A DNA stretch of 64,000 bases from Eledone cirrhosa (GCA_964016885.1 OZ024743.1:231694001-231758000); one strand, 5' to 3'. Positions 27,281 through 40,948 are shown, counted from the first letter of the stretch. Made by a program: numbers and translations. The notes: generated by a model not told the origin, from the sequence alone.

Positions 27281-28269
27281 AAGAGAGAGAGTGAGAGAGA
27301 GAGAGAGAGAGAGTGAGAGAGAGAGAGAGAGATATTACCTCGGAAATGAAGCACTGTGTTGATAGCACCGATGTTGGATGAGAAACATAATAATTCTGCA
27401 TGATTTAATTATTTCAAAACCATTGTTTTTATTACGTCTTACAGAGATAGCAGGATTATTTCTTTTCTACTTTTTAAGATTTTGTTTACATATAAATAAT
27501 CACATACAGGAGAAGGTAACTCATATGAGCAGAGAGACATAGACATATGCTTATATAAAACATGGTTATTTTTAACTTTATCGTTATGTGATGATAACAG
27601 GCAATGTTCTAGATATTTTGTTGTCAGACTGAGTAATGACAGCAGAAACTTCCAACTTAATGTCAATTTGTCCTTTGAAAAATATAACACTTTGTCTTTA
27701 TACAGTTAATCCTCACTCATTTAACGTTTGAGTATCGTAAAAATGCTCGTGTATTATTCATGGTACGGGATAGATTTACGGACCTTTGCGATCTGAGTTC
27801 AAATCTTGCCGATGTTAGCTTTGCTTTTCATCGTTATGGCGACGATAAAATAAACTACCAGTAATGCACTGGAGTCAATTTAATCGACTTTTTCCTTTGC
27901 TGAAATTGTTGGCCCTGTGTCTAAATCAGAAACAAATATAATTATTTGCTAATAAAATAAATACGTACCATTCAAACACTTAGTCGAATAATCGACTAAT
28001 CTCCCATACCCCTCAAATTACTGATTTGTTCCCAAATTATAACACAACATAAATATTATTACTGATGATGGATCTGTGGAAGTAAGTGTTGTTCTTATCA
28101 TCCTGTTTATTTAACAGTAAATCTTATTTCATTTTGTTTTTGTTTTATTTCTTGATTGTTCGTTATGTCCATGCATGATATAAATAGTTCAAATGTCTGT
28201 ATCTGCGTGTGGAAATTGCAGAAACATTTGTTATTTTATGGTTATTATTGAAACTGGTGCAGGGTGGTG

Positions 28270-28615
28270 GATTGGTAGTATCGGTAGAATGTCAACCAAC
28301 ATGTTTCGCAGCATAGAGTTCCCACCCTTTACTTTCAGTGTTCACATCCCACTGAGGTTAGCTTTGCCTTTCATTCTTACAGTAATGCGCTGGCGTCGAT
28401 TTCATCGATTTTCCCCACCCCTAAAATTGCTGCCATTGTGTCTAAAGTAGAAATCATTATTATTATTCTGAGTTCAAATCCCGCAGAGGTTAACTTTGCC
28501 TTTCATCCTTACGAGGTCGATAAAATAAAGTACCAGTCACGCACTGGGGTCGATTTAATGAACTTTTCCCTCTCCCAAAATTGCTCGCCTTGTGCCCATA
28601 TAAGAAACCATTATT
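28270..28615 (+). mobile_element. Two tandem SINE copies, antisense in the GPCR 3' region
   Basis: GCTTTGCCTTTCAT and CTGAGTTCAAATCCCGCAGAGGTTAACTTTGCCTTTCATCCTTACGAGGTCGATAAAATAAAGTACCAG cores. Confidence 0.75.
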
Positions 28616-28646
28616 AGTAGTAGTAATACTTAAGGTCAATCTTTCA

Positions 28647-29852
28647 TTATGTTTTCATGTTGTGCTGTTTTTTGTTAAAATATTTTTGAAAGTATTTCAG
28701 TGGGAGTTCTTTGGAAATGAAACTTATTTCCTGTTTGCCAAAAGTTTTAGTTTTAAGTTTAACAATATTTTTGTATTTACAATGGGAGAAACAGCGAAAT
28801 ATTGCGAAAAATTCATCGCGAAATTGTTTACTTGTAACCATATAAAGGAGGAAATTCACACTGTGATGAGTTAAGGAAAAGAGACGAAGGTATAAAAATG
28901 TTTTCGACGATTTATAACCGTCATGGGAGACATCGTATAATATATTTACCGAGACTGGTGTACAGGTTAGAAAGAAAAATAGGTTATTATAGACAACCAT
29001 TCTGGTATTAGCAGATATCCGACGTCTTCGAGAATCTAAACTACTTCTTTGGCATAACAAAGGTCTAGAGAGTATTGTGCGTATAATAAGTACATTACAT
29101 ACCATCATAATGATTGATGGAATTATGCTGTGCAGGAATATACGAAGCCAGTTATCAAAATATTCAACGAAATTGCGATAGCCTTCAGAAATCAACGTGC
29201 ACTTGGTTATTTGAAATATTGGTGATTCATTATGAAAATCCAAACTTATGTTGTTTTTTGATTCGACTATACTTTTGCGATTGTTGGAATAATTCTCACT
29301 TTTATGGAGTGGTAGTTGTTGCTTCTGTTGTATCGTGTCTCCCATACCAACGAGGAAATGGGAATCATATGCTGCGAGTATAAGAAAAGTCACTGTTATT
29401 TTTACTAAGCTTGTGCGAGGGCGGTTTTGTATGTGGCTGCTTAGGGGTTTAGTCACAAACATCATCTTTTCGAGAGACATAAGAACTAAATTCCAGGATG
29501 CACAATCTACGAAAAATTCAGTGAAGAACTGACCTGTTTTACAAACGAATTCATTCATTTTTGTGACATCAGTTCCAAAGGCGTATACTAGCCATTTACG
29601 TAACAAGACACATATGACTGCCCCCATGTCAACAATGAGTTGAGATAAGAGATATATATTGAGTTTTTGTACTTTCATAGATGGTCTTGTGAGAATGTAG
29701 ATTGAAATTATGTTACCCGATATTCCAAGGAACAAGAGAAAACCACCAAACCAGATCCAGAACGTCACAGCATTCGTATTGTGACTGTCATCTTGCTCTG
29801 GTTTATCAACAGAAATTGTGTTTTTACTGTTCAATAGTATAGGGTAATCCAT
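28647..29852 (-). CDS. Class A (rhodopsin-like) G protein-coupled receptor, orphan peptide-receptor-like type, single coding exon
   Basis: 401 aa with seven hydrophobic segments. TM1 GN, TM2 LIVD, Cys at the top of TM3 (VCK), SLEK at the DRY position, long ECL2 with Cys, TM5 IIP, TM6 FFLTCTP, TM7 SVNFLLY, helix-8 KQFR. Confidence 0.92.
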   Translation of the reverse strand: MDYPILLNSKNTISVDKPEQDDSHNTNAVTFWIWFGGFLLFLGISGNIISIYILTRPSMKVQKLNIYLLSQLIVDMGAVICVLLRKWLVYAFGTDVTKMNEFVCKTGQFFTEFFVDCASWNLVLMSLEKMMFVTKPLSSHIQNRPRTSLVKITVTFLILAAYDSHFLVGMGDTIQQKQQLPLHKSENYSNNRKSIVESKNNISLDFHNESPIFQITKCTLISEGYRNFVEYFDNWLRIFLHSIIPSIIMMVCNVLIIRTILSRPLLCQRSSLDSRRRRISANTRMVVYNNLFFFLTCTPVSVNILYDVSHDGYKSSKTFLYLRLFSLTHHSVNFLLYMVTSKQFRDEFFAIFRCFSHCKYKNIVKLKTKTFGKQEISFISKELPLKYFQKYFNKKQHNMKT

Positions 29853-30624
29853 TATCGATTAGTTTTTATGATATAATACAATATCAAAATTCTAACTGTA
29901 TATTGCGTAGATAAATACAATGCATAATTTTGTTAACTTTAAACATACAGATTACAAAATTCCAACATAATGTTGCTTTCTGATTCAGTTGAAGTAGCTG
30001 TACGAATATTTCCAGAAAGTTGTTGCTTAGCCGTAGATCATGCCTGATCGAAGAACAATATGATCAAAGGCGATCTAGCCGTAGGCCATACTATGTTTTC
30101 TATGTTATGATGCACGGTATTCAGTGTGCCATTTCTCTTTTTAAAATGTCACGTGTGAAAGAATAGCAATTGAGTTGCTATTTCCATCAGCCAGATAGAG
30201 TTTGTAGAGTGTCCATCGGTTAGTAATTGTCGACTGTTTTATCATCTCACTCATTCAAGTGAATTGAACTCGCATATTGCTACAATAGTAACAAAAGTGA
30301 ACGATTTGCGTCAGAAATGTAATGCTAGGATTCCTAGTATATTAAATTCATTTTTCTTATGATGACGTATATTTCATTGGTTGAAAATAGTGATGAAGTT
30401 ATTCAGTTCCATCTTCAACAAGTCACATATATATTCCATATAGACATGAGACTCAGCTAACTTATCTTTAAATGGAGAGAAGCAACAGAGGCTTTGTAAT
30501 AATATCAGTCATACAGGAGGTTTGTATTTCTTGCTGCATTGATGACACGACCTGAAAAGATTAAGATAACAGTATATAAGTATACATAAAAATCATCGTT
30601 ACACTCAATAAACACACATAACAC

Positions 30625-30700
<76 letters not shown>

Positions 30701-30705
<5 letters not shown>

Positions 30706-31259
30706 TTATAAATCATGTCTACAGAATTATTAGATAAACAGATAAACAAAATATATACTCCATTTCCTCTGCCAAACAGCACAATCAACCATATAAAAAA
30801 TCAATTATACTAAGCCATAAGGATAAAAGCTCCTATGAAGAAATCTCCGACAAATAAACGAGAGTGGCTTCTTCGCGTTATCCACAGCAGGTTATTTATC
30901 CAACATTTCGACAGCATGCATAAATCGACCAAGTACATAATTAACCATATGCCATACGGTGTAAAATCAAACATAGAAGAACTGTGTACATACCGTAACC
31001 ATCTCTACCATGGTTTCATCCGTATTTTTAGATATCCTATTAATAGGAAATCCATTGAGTTCGGAATCATCAGGAGATAAACTCAAAAATAGACACTTAG
31101 TATTCCAAGCCGATCGCGCCAAAATTGGATTCAAAAATGGCTAAGAATCACACTATGGCCGTGGTCAAGTTGGAAAGAATGTGATTGGCTGTTTGGCAGA
31201 GGAAATGGAGTATATATTTTGTTTATCTAATAATTCTGTAGACATGATTTATAATAATA
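30701..31259. repeat. TA-adjacent element with inverted repeats of about 75 bp (30701-30780 and 31188-31259)
   Basis: ATTATTATAAATCATGTCTACAGAATTATTAGATAAAC..CCATTTCCTCTGCCAAACAGC is mirrored. A related single copy lies at about 34290-34350. Confidence 0.7.
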
Positions 31260-31349
31260 TATTGCTCTGAGTATTTAATTTATTAATTCTTCATAGAGCT
31301 AAAAAGTGACCGGTTGTAACATATATAAATTTAGGTATATGTAAACCTT

Positions 31350-31383
<34 letters not shown>

Positions 31384-32069
31384 TACATACATATATATGC
31401 GCGTATATGTGTGTATGTTGTATGTATGTATACATGTATTTATAAAAACAGCACCTGAATGGTGTGGGGAGTTTCTATTTTTTCCTTTCATATATCGTTG
31501 TTTATATTGCTATTGTCTTTGCAACAGGTTCCTTTGATTCCGTTCTCTACGTTTCCATACGTGTTAAATGAAATAAGGTGCTAACGTATTTTATGTTCGA
31601 TATTATTTTAACTGTACGAACTGTTCGGAGATTAATTAACCACAACAGAAAAACCTTGTGTGACACACCATAAAAGTTTTTGTACCGAACATCACAAACA
31701 ATCGTTGGATAAATGGCCATTATAAGTGATTATATTGATTGTCTGTGTCTCTGCCTCTATTGATATCTCTATCTATCTAGCTAGCTAGCTAGTCAGTTCT
31801 CATCGATAGTTAGAAAGATATATAAATTGAGAACTTGATTGTGAGATAGATGCACACAGATCCCAAGTTACTACAATTCCTCCCCTTTTCGAATTGTAAT
31901 CTAGAAATTGTTCAACGTTATATTTCGATGGTTAATCAATATATGAATGTATTATAGAAAATTACTAAATTACTCAGTTAATCTTTCTTATGCACTGTTA
32001 ATTCGTGATAAACGTTTTAGTTGAGTATATTAGTATTTCATTTATGAACTGGTCGTTATGAAGTTGTCG

Positions 32070-32312
32070 TGTAGGTGTAATAACAAAAAGCACCCAGTCA
32101 CACTGTAAGGTGGTCGTGTAGGAGTCACGACAAAAAGCACCCAGTACACATTGTATATGTGGTTGTCGTAAGGGCATCTAGCTGTTGAAACCTAGCCAGA
32201 AACAGTTCTATATGAGCAAGACACGGTCACCTGATCCACCTTGTCTATAATGGAACAGCTGTATAACCCATGCTAGCGTGGAAAATGGACTTTAAACGAA
32301 GATGATGATGAA
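32070..32312 (+). mobile_element. SINE/LINE-tail repeat of a type common in Octopus
   Basis: AAAAGCACCCAGTACAC..GTGGTTG..AAGGGCATCTAGCTGTTGAAACC..CCCATGCTAGCGTGGAAAATGGAC..(GAT)n tail. Confidence 0.6.
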
Positions 32313-32754
32313 CTCAATGAATACTATTCTATCACAATTTGGACTCCGCTCCGACTAAAATGTCTCCCCAATTCTTACCTTAGTTAAAATTCCTCGCCTG
32401 GGAGCTAAATGCTTCGTATTTGAGAATCCACGGTGTATAGACTCTTGCTTTATCTAAAAGATACTCACGTATATTGTGAGCTGAAATATTGCTTTCCAAG
32501 CAATTTATGTATCAAAATGTTCATGCCAAATCTACTTTGTAATATTTCAAATGTACTATGAACATTATGTCTGATTTTTAATTGATTACCTGTCATTTTA
32601 TTCTGGTTTATGTCATATGTGATAGTCACTGCATATATAACTGATATTTTATGAGCATTGATGTGCGTTTCGGGAATGGCATTCCATTTTGGTGCATAAG
32701 TATATTTTGTATTCTGGTAATTTGATTTATTATTACCATCATTATTCTTATATA

Positions 32755-33045
32755 TATGAGGTTGTGAATTCGATTCTCGGACCGAGCTTTGTGCTGTATT
32801 CTTGAGCAAGACACTATACTTCAGGTTGTTCTAGTTCACTCAGCTGTAGAGATGAGTTGCCAAGCTGTAACGAACTTTGTCTTTCCGTCCGACATCATCT
32901 GTGGCGTGGAGTGGGTGAGGAGAGTGGTATGCATAGGCGACTGCTGGTCTACAACAAACAACCTTGCTCGGGCCTGTGCCTCGGCGGTGGGGGGAACTTT
33001 CTAGGTGCAAATCCCATGGTCATTCGGAATCAAAGGGTCTTTTTG
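32755..33045 (+). mobile_element. tRNA-SINE fragment followed by a GC-rich repeat segment
   Basis: GAGGTTGTGAATTCGATTCTC..CTTGAGCAAGACACT..CACTCAGCTGTAGAGATGAGT, as in the 19587 copy. Confidence 0.6.
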
Positions 33046-33129
33046 CCCCTTATTCTTATATCTATTATGCATTGTCAATGCATTGTCGAGCGTTGGATAT
33101 GTAGAGTGTGGTTTTTTACGGTGTTGTTT

Positions 33130-33476
33130 CTGTTGTATAGAGAGTTTTCTACGTAATATGTATGCAATGCCTAATAGGGTCATTTTCTGTATGCTGCATA
33201 GATTTGTGTGTCATGGGGTTTCGGTCATGGATCTTTTATTATAATATTGATACTGTTTCCATCACCTACATTCGAGTTATGTCTACCGCAAGTTTTTTAT
33301 ATTTGTATAATGTCTCCATTTCCTTCATAGATATATGGTCGTCTGTGGAGATTGGTCCATCAATTAGAAGACAATTTTACTTTGTTGTATATGACTAAAA
33401 TATCAGGTCGTTGGTTTTGATCTCTCTCTCGGTATATTTTGGTATATCCCAGATTATGGTTGATTTGTTATTCTCA
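33130..33476 (-). mobile_element. Degenerate 3' fragment of a restriction-like-endonuclease LINE (R4/Dong-like)
   Basis: Broken minus frames read ENNKSTIIWDIP..EREIK..RPDILV..KEMETLYKYKKLAVDITRM..IQKMTLLGIAYILRRKLSI. Confidence 0.65.
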
Positions 33477-33563
33477 CATATCTGAGGATGGGCCGATTAA
33501 AAAGTTGGAATCCGACCGCCTGATCAAACCCGAGGTGCTGGATATCGAAACAGCTGTAATATG
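33477..33563 (+). ncRNA. Type I hammerhead-like motif
   Basis: CATAT-CTGAGGA...GAAA-CAGCTG-TA-ATATG. Stem II pairing is unclear by eye. Confidence 0.55.
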
Positions 33564-33774
33564 CTATAAAGTATCATAACAAGTTGCAATTCTGACTTCC
33601 TATTGTCAATCTATATATACACTCTCCAAACTACAGTCGCCTTAAACCTGGAGCACAACCAGGCGAAGGACGGACCCAGTAAGAGCATTGAGTGGTTCGA
33701 GCAGCTTGCGCGCAAGTATCCACAAATTACTCACTTAAATAAGCTATATATATACAGTATATATATATATAATA

Positions 33775-34139
33775 TAAACAAACGAAAAATCAGTGATGCA
33801 TCTAGACTCAGTTTATTGCGTGTTATAATTGTTTCGCCGGCACATAGCTCGAGGCATGATCATTGTGTGGATCTGCCTGATTCTACGGCTGCAGGTTCTT
33901 CGGACACATGCAATGCTTTCGGAGCAAATTTTCTCACTGTGAGAATCAGGCAGATCCACACAATGATCATGCCTCGAGCTATCTGCCGGCGAAACAATTG
34001 TAACACGCAATAAACTGAGTCTAGATGCATCACTGATTTTTCGTTTGTTAATATTATTTACACTCTGCTCTGTAAGAACATTGATTGCTCAACTGGCATA
34101 CCGCCCATGGAAGCACCATAGCTACCAATAAACACTCGT
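33775..34139 (+). mobile_element. Fold-back element (arms 33775-33884 and 33942-34050, tail to 34139) with an HHR 3' half
   Basis: Near-perfect arms of about 110 bp. GAAACAATTGTA at 33991-34002. No CTGANGA core is seen. Confidence 0.75.
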
Positions 34140-34349
34140 ATATATATTTTTTTTTTCTAACTTTAATTTTATACATAATTGTGAATCGTTGACGGTATAT
34201 TTAATCGATTTCCACGTGCTATTGTATCTATTTCTTTATAGGTGCCTTTTAATCTTATAGCCTGTTTTTTTTTGTGTGGATGATTATGCTAATTGGGAGA
34301 GGAAATGGTGTATATATATTATCAAATGATTCTATGGACATACTTTATA

Positions 34350-34361
34350 GTATGTATATAC

Positions 34362-34396
<35 letters not shown>

Positions 34397-34477
34397 TATA
34401 TTAATTATGTATGTATTGGTAGATATATGTGTATGTGTATGTGTGTGTATATGTATATATATATGTATATGTGTATA

Positions 34478-34517
<40 letters not shown>

Positions 34518-34750
34518 CGTGTATATATATGTATATGTGTATGTATGTATGTGTGTATATATGTGTGTATGTGTATATATATGTGTGTATATGTATATAT
34601 AATTATATATATATATAAATATATATGTGTGTGTGTGTGTATATGTGTTATATATGTGTATATGTGTGTCTATGTATATATATATATATATATGTGTATG
34701 TATATGTATATGTATGAGTATATGTATATATGCGTGTGTATGTATGTGTG

Positions 34751-34794
<44 letters not shown>

Positions 34795-34880
34795 TATATG
34801 TATATGTGTAAGTATGTATGTATGTATGTATGTGTATGTGTGTATATGTGTGTATATGTATGTATATGTATGTGTGTGTG

Positions 34881-34918
<38 letters not shown>

Positions 34919-35502
34919 TGTGTGTGTGTGTGTATATGTGTATGTACATGTATGTATGTGTATGTGTGTGTATGTGTGTGTATATTTATATACATATATA
35001 TATATATGTATGTATGTATGTATGTGCGTGTGTATATATATGTATATATGTATACGTGTGTATGTGTGTATATGTGTATATATGTATATTTATGTGTGTT
35101 TATATATGTATGCGTGTATGTATGTTTATATATGTATGTGTGCATGTATGTATACGTATGTATGTGTGCCTGTATATGTGTATATATATGTATATATATG
35201 TATATGTGTGTGTATGTGTGTATGTATGTATATATATATATATATATATGTTTGTATGTTTTTATATTTGTTTATGTATATATATGTGTATGTGTGTGTG
35301 TATGTGTATGCATGTGTATATATGTATATGTGTGTGTGTGTGTATGTGTATATATGTATATATATATTTATATATATATGTATATGTGTGTGTATATATG
35401 TATGTATATTTGTATGTATGTGTGTATATGTTGTGTATATGTGTACTTTTGTGTATGTGTGTATATGTATGTGTATGTGTATGTATGTGGCATGTGTATA
35501 TG

Positions 35503-35547
<45 letters not shown>

Positions 35548-35588
35548 GTATTGTATGTATATCTGTGTATATGTGTGTGTATATATAT

Positions 35589-35631
<43 letters not shown>

Positions 35632-35701
35632 TATATGGTTCTATGTCTGTATATATATGTACGTATATGTGTATGTGTGTGTGTGTGTATATGTGTATAT
35701 G

Positions 35702-35738
<37 letters not shown>

Positions 35739-35830
35739 GTGTGTATATATGTGTATGTGTGTATATGTGTGTATATGTATATATGTGTATGTGTAGGTGT
35801 ATGTATGTATATATATATGTATGTGTGGGT
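34350..35830. repeat. About 1.5 kb compound (TA)n/(TG)n/(TATG)n low-complexity array
   Basis: Directly visible; it produces the spurious YI/CV-rich ORFs. Confidence 0.95.
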
Positions 35831-36007
35831 GAATGTGGGTGCGCGCGAGTGTGTGAGTGAGTGTGTTTGTGAATGTGTCTGTTGACTTTTGGAATATAGT
35901 TTAAAAGTTTAAGAGAAATTTGAAGATAATGGCATGATATGCACTCAAATGATATGCACTGAGTTTTGGTGAGTGTGCTTGCCTTGCATGTATATATATG
36001 TTATATA

Positions 36008-36091
<84 letters not shown>

Positions 36092-36118
36092 GCATATACA
36101 AACGCAGCGCGCGCACAC

Positions 36119-36166
<48 letters not shown>

Positions 36167-36609
36167 AGAATATGCACCACAAAACACACCGTCATCGGAA
36201 TAAAGCTTAGTATAAAAGTGCTCAGCAATAATAAATCCCTTACGAAGACAAATACTTCATTAGATATGTGTTTTTATTCGACAAGACCCTTTTAAGTCGC
36301 TTTTAACACCGGTATTGATATTCATTAAGTGATTCATATGTGTCGTGTTGGTTATAGTGAACGTGTTTGTGTAGCTGGTGGTAATGTTAGATTTGTTAAA
36401 TTTACCGATAATGGTGAAGGTAGATTATGATTTCAAACAATTATATATTTCCCTTAATCATTTTGTATCTCAAAATGTTACATAGTTATATTTAAATGAA
36501 TATGTCTTGATGTCCTTTTGCTTATACGTACCCAGCGGTATTCATATATGTACATATGTACATATGTATGTACGTGTGTGTGAGTTTGTGTATATATATA
36601 TATATATAT

Positions 36610-37110
36610 ATGATGGTTGCAGGTCGATTTCTAGAAATACCATCGCTTGGTACTTGTGCATGTGCATCACGTGTCTTTTTAGTCCTGCTGGGGACTTACC
36701 TACGGCCAGCAACACCATGCACCGCAAAAAGTGTCATATATAAAGCGATGCCTGTCCTTGAAGCCTTTTTAAGTGAGGAAAGGTTTTGCACAGAGCCAAT
36801 CCCACTCCCTGATCATCGAATGCATTTGCCCAAAACGTAGGTCTACATTATTGCATGCAATCGAAGGCGCAGGTTTTATATCAGAGTTACCTTCTCCTAG
36901 AGAGATGTCTTAATGAAGACTAGGAGTCTGTTGCTCCAGAAAAAAAAAAGTTATTGGATGGCCGTTGAATCACCTGAGTTACTCTGCTCCTTGAAGGGTT
37001 GCTTTTCATCCCGCAGGGTGTCCACATTCACCCTCATCACCAAGCAAACTCGATGTGGTCACCGATTTAGTCGCTGACGATCTGACCAGGCACACATTGT
37101 ACTGCGTTTC
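36610..37110 (-). mobile_element. Repeat homologous to the RTE 5' leader (solo copy)
   Basis: The reverse complement shares TGGACACCCTGC..TCAACGGCCATCCAA and CTAGGAGAAGG..ACTCTGATATA with 53915-54490, 58725-59190 and 60700-60950. Confidence 0.65.
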
Positions 37111-37612
37111 ATGTAACATATATGTAAATATGTATGTGTATATATATATATATATACATATCTACGTATGTATGTATATATGTGTGTGTATGTGGTGTGT
37201 GTTTTTTGTATCATTTCGACAAACAGTTATATATATGCATTGCATAATTGTTTTATTGTAAGGTGGCATACTTATATACCATTTGTCGCTGACACTACCT
37301 TTCAATATATGCGTTCTTTTCTCTCGTTTCAGCGTCTTGTTTTAATACATCGGAACAGCGTCGAAATTATTTTGTTATTGTTCAATATTTGTATGAGCTT
37401 ACTATTCAAGCCATTGAAAACCCATTAGATTTCCTAAAACATCTAACCGTTGAATGCTTTTATTTCTTAGCGCTTTCATCCAGTATTTCTTTACCACTGG
37501 ATGCTTGTATCAGGTTTATCATATCTGTTTCTCTGTTGATGTCACTGTTCCGAACTTCAATGCGGTTTTAAACATAAATATTTGGAGATTCTGGAAACAC
37601 ACACATACACAG

Positions 37613-37689
<77 letters not shown>

Positions 37690-37690
37690 T

Positions 37691-37737
<47 letters not shown>

Positions 37738-37992
37738 GTGTGTGTGTGTGTGTGTGTGTACCAACACAAGAACAAGAATGAGGAGGTCATTCTACTGACA
37801 TGGCTTAAATGAGAGTGTTTGCATGAATCGAATATTATTATTAATATTCTAAAAACTCATTACATTTATTGTAGTACGATAACTATTTGTTATATATATA
37901 TATAATTAGAATTGATGCTCTGAAATAGCGATATATATATGAATGTATATATAGTGTATTTTGCAATACAGCATACAGTGTATTGCAAAATA

Positions 37993-38051
<59 letters not shown>

Positions 38052-38086
38052 GAATGTAGGGAAGTGACACACGAGTTGATATATCT

Positions 38087-38660
38087 AAACATATAGTAAA
38101 AAACGAAACATACAGTAGAAAATGGTAGAGGAATTTGTTCAGTATAACATCAAAGCATTCATTTATAAAGTAGTGATTTCCGCATTTAATCGTGTACCGG
38201 TTTCATCTTTATATGCTTTTTCAACGACGGAAGTGTATAGTACAGTTAAATTGCATATTTATATGAATAATAATAAAATCAAGAAAAACATTTTAATTTT
38301 TACATACATATTTAGGTAGGAAATTCGTATTTTCAAATTTTTGGCTGTTGAAGCCTACAATTTAAACTACTACCACCTCCGTTGGTCAACTCTAACAAAA
38401 CTACGGACAAAAATATGAACTTTCCTCTCTAAATAGGTATGTAAAAATTAAAAAAAAGTTTTCCTCCGTTTTATTATTATTCGAATAAATATGCAATTTA
38501 ACTGCACTGTACACTTCCGCCGGTGAAAAAGCATATAAAGCTGAAACCGGTACAAGATTAAATGCGGAAATCCCTACTTTATAAATAAATGTTTTGATGT
38601 TATACTGAAAGAAATCCCTCTAGAATGTTCTACTCTATTGTTTCCTTTTTATTATTTGTT
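38087..38660. mobile_element. Diverged fold-back element (arms about 38087-38335 and 38410-38660) with a degenerate HHR motif
   Basis: The inverted arms are visible. TGAAAAAGCATATAAAG(A/C)TGAAACCGGTA occurs in both. TA-flanked. Confidence 0.7.
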
Positions 38661-39792
38661 TATATATATATATATATATATACGTACGTGCACAAATAAC
38701 CCCCACTCACACATTATGGAAGGGAACGTGTTATTTTCCTTTATCTGTACATTAATAATAACTGAAGTACTAAAGTAAAGTGAACATACATTATCTTAAA
38801 CATGTTTATCATCATAATCATTTCAATCAATATTCCTTATTGGTACCTTCGTTGCTGTATTTATGGTGATTATGTTAATGATGGGGAGAAGGATGGTGCT
38901 ATTGTTGTTGTTGTTGTTGTTGTTGGAAGGGGGTTATGGTGGCGGTAATGATGATGTTGATGGTACATATGAAGACGACGATCACCTTCATGATCATCGT
39001 AAACAACCTACCCTATATTGTCAGGTTCATTATTATCATCTACATTTTCCTCACGTCCAGTAGCATCCTTATCAAATATTGCCCACGTGATCATTATCAC
39101 CATAACCAACATCATTATTGTTATTGTCATCACCATTATCATCTCATTATCAGCTCTGTGGTCATCGAAGGCATCATCCCCACCATCGTCATCGTTGTCA
39201 ATTAATTAAACGTCCTTCCGTTCCTCATTCTTCACTTCTCGGATTGTCTCAGATATAGATAACCGTAGAATTGTTAGTGTGAAATCAGGTTTCTTGAAAT
39301 GTTGAGAGAAATTTAACATTTGTGCACAAATCCTGCTGTGAGGTTGGGGTGGGGCGGAACGTTTCACGTTTCTCTTCTTTTGACTGAGATATATAATTCT
39401 GAACTTTATCGGATGATCTCTGTTTTATGGCCGCCATTTAACTTCCCTTTCTTCATTAGTTTATCAAGAGAATCTCGCGCACTTTAATTACTGATTTAAG
39501 AAATTTATTATCGTTCCCGTCATAAATTACTATTTGAAACCATTCCGTCTTCTTTCTGAAGACTGACCGACTGCTGACTAGGCCATTATATTCTTGTATT
39601 CCACTGAAATCGAGATACATACTGCACGGACTTTAAATGTAATGATCCACCTAGCACGGATATGTATGTATGTATGTATATATATATATATAAAGAAAGA
39701 GAGAGACTCCATGATATGTATGTATCGATGGATGGATGGAAGGAAGGGTGGACGGCTGGATGGAAGGATGTGTGCACATGCTTCTATGTACC

Positions 39793-39861
<69 letters not shown>

Positions 39862-40328
39862 CACAATTGTAGGAATCTTAATCGCGGATGAAGCTCTGAA
39901 AACAGCCAGCATCGATTACGTATGGGATATTTCGGGTTAAAATAACCTCATGTAATCGGACGAACGGTCAAATAAGAATGGAGATATTGAAAGAAAGGGA
40001 GTCTGAAGTATGAGAAACTAGAGAAGTGTAAAGGGAGAGAGAAGAATATATATAACATTTTTCCTGAGTTCAGTTTTTTTGGTGGCTATGGCAATGCGGC
40101 CCGACTATCGGTCGCTGTACTTAATTTGCAAAGCTGTCTAAACGTAATGTTATAACTCTGGGGTAATAATCTCCATTGAGTGCTTAGCTGCACACCGAAT
40201 CTGCATTCGTTAGTTTGGCTGCTGTCAAAAGCTTCATTGATGCTGTACTAAAATGTGTTTATATATATATATATATATTCAATGATATTAAATAAATGGA
40301 AACTATATTTATGAAAGCATATTTATTC

Positions 40329-40378
40329 TATTATATATACTTCAAGGGTACCAAAACTTTGGTACGCTCTCATCAGAT
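40329..40378 (-). ncRNA. Degenerate hammerhead-like motif
   Basis: Minus strand: AT-CTGATGA-GAGCGTACCAAA-GT-TTTGGTACCCTT-GAAG-TATATA-TA-AT. GAAA is changed to GAAG and stem I is very short. Confidence 0.45.
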
Positions 40379-40678
40379 AAAATACAAAGTTTGTTTTATA
40401 AATATTGACATAATCAGGAAGAAGAACTTAACGGTTCAAGTTTTTCCTGGATAGTGATCTGACAAAGTGGCCTGATTTGCATATTAACAGACTATCTGAT
40501 CAACTGGATTTTCATATCAGGAGCAAGAACGACGAGGTTGTTCTACTCACAAGGCTTAAGCGGCTGGTTGCATAATTGCAAACGAGCCGAAGTTAACTTT
40601 GACTTTCATCCTTACAGGGTCGATAAAATAAATACCAGTAATGCACTGGGTAATTGCTGGCCTTGTGCCATAAGTAGA

Positions 40679-40752
40679 AACAATTATTACTATTCGAAAA
40701 ACTCAGATTTTGATTTCGTGTATTCAGCCATATAGAGTGACAAAACTATTCG

Positions 40753-40798
<46 letters not shown>

Positions 40799-40913
40799 GT
40801 AGGAAAATGTATGACCCCGACGGCAGAGCTCATGTCGTTTCGACGGCTATTTATGGACTCAGAAATAGCCGTCGAAACGGCTTGAGCTCTGCCGCCGGGC
40901 TCATACTTTTTCC

Positions 40914-40948
<35 letters not shown>

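Noticed and set aside
30545-30575. Possible minus-strand splice acceptor (TCTTTTCAG|G) for the GPCR 5' UTR
   Set aside because: A common motif in AT-rich DNA; it cannot be supported without transcript data.
34274-36295. Long ORFs (up to 389 aa) rich in YI, CV and HT
   Set aside because: These are translations of (TA)n/(TG)n/(TATG)n microsatellites. The same applies to similar ORFs at 10.6, 15.5, 20.8, 37.5, 42.5, 43.2, 45.9, 53.5 and 59.2 kb.
38860-39205. His/Ile-rich ORFs here and at 42.7-43.1 kb
   Set aside because: Degenerate (CAT)n/(GAT)n trinucleotide low-complexity sequence.
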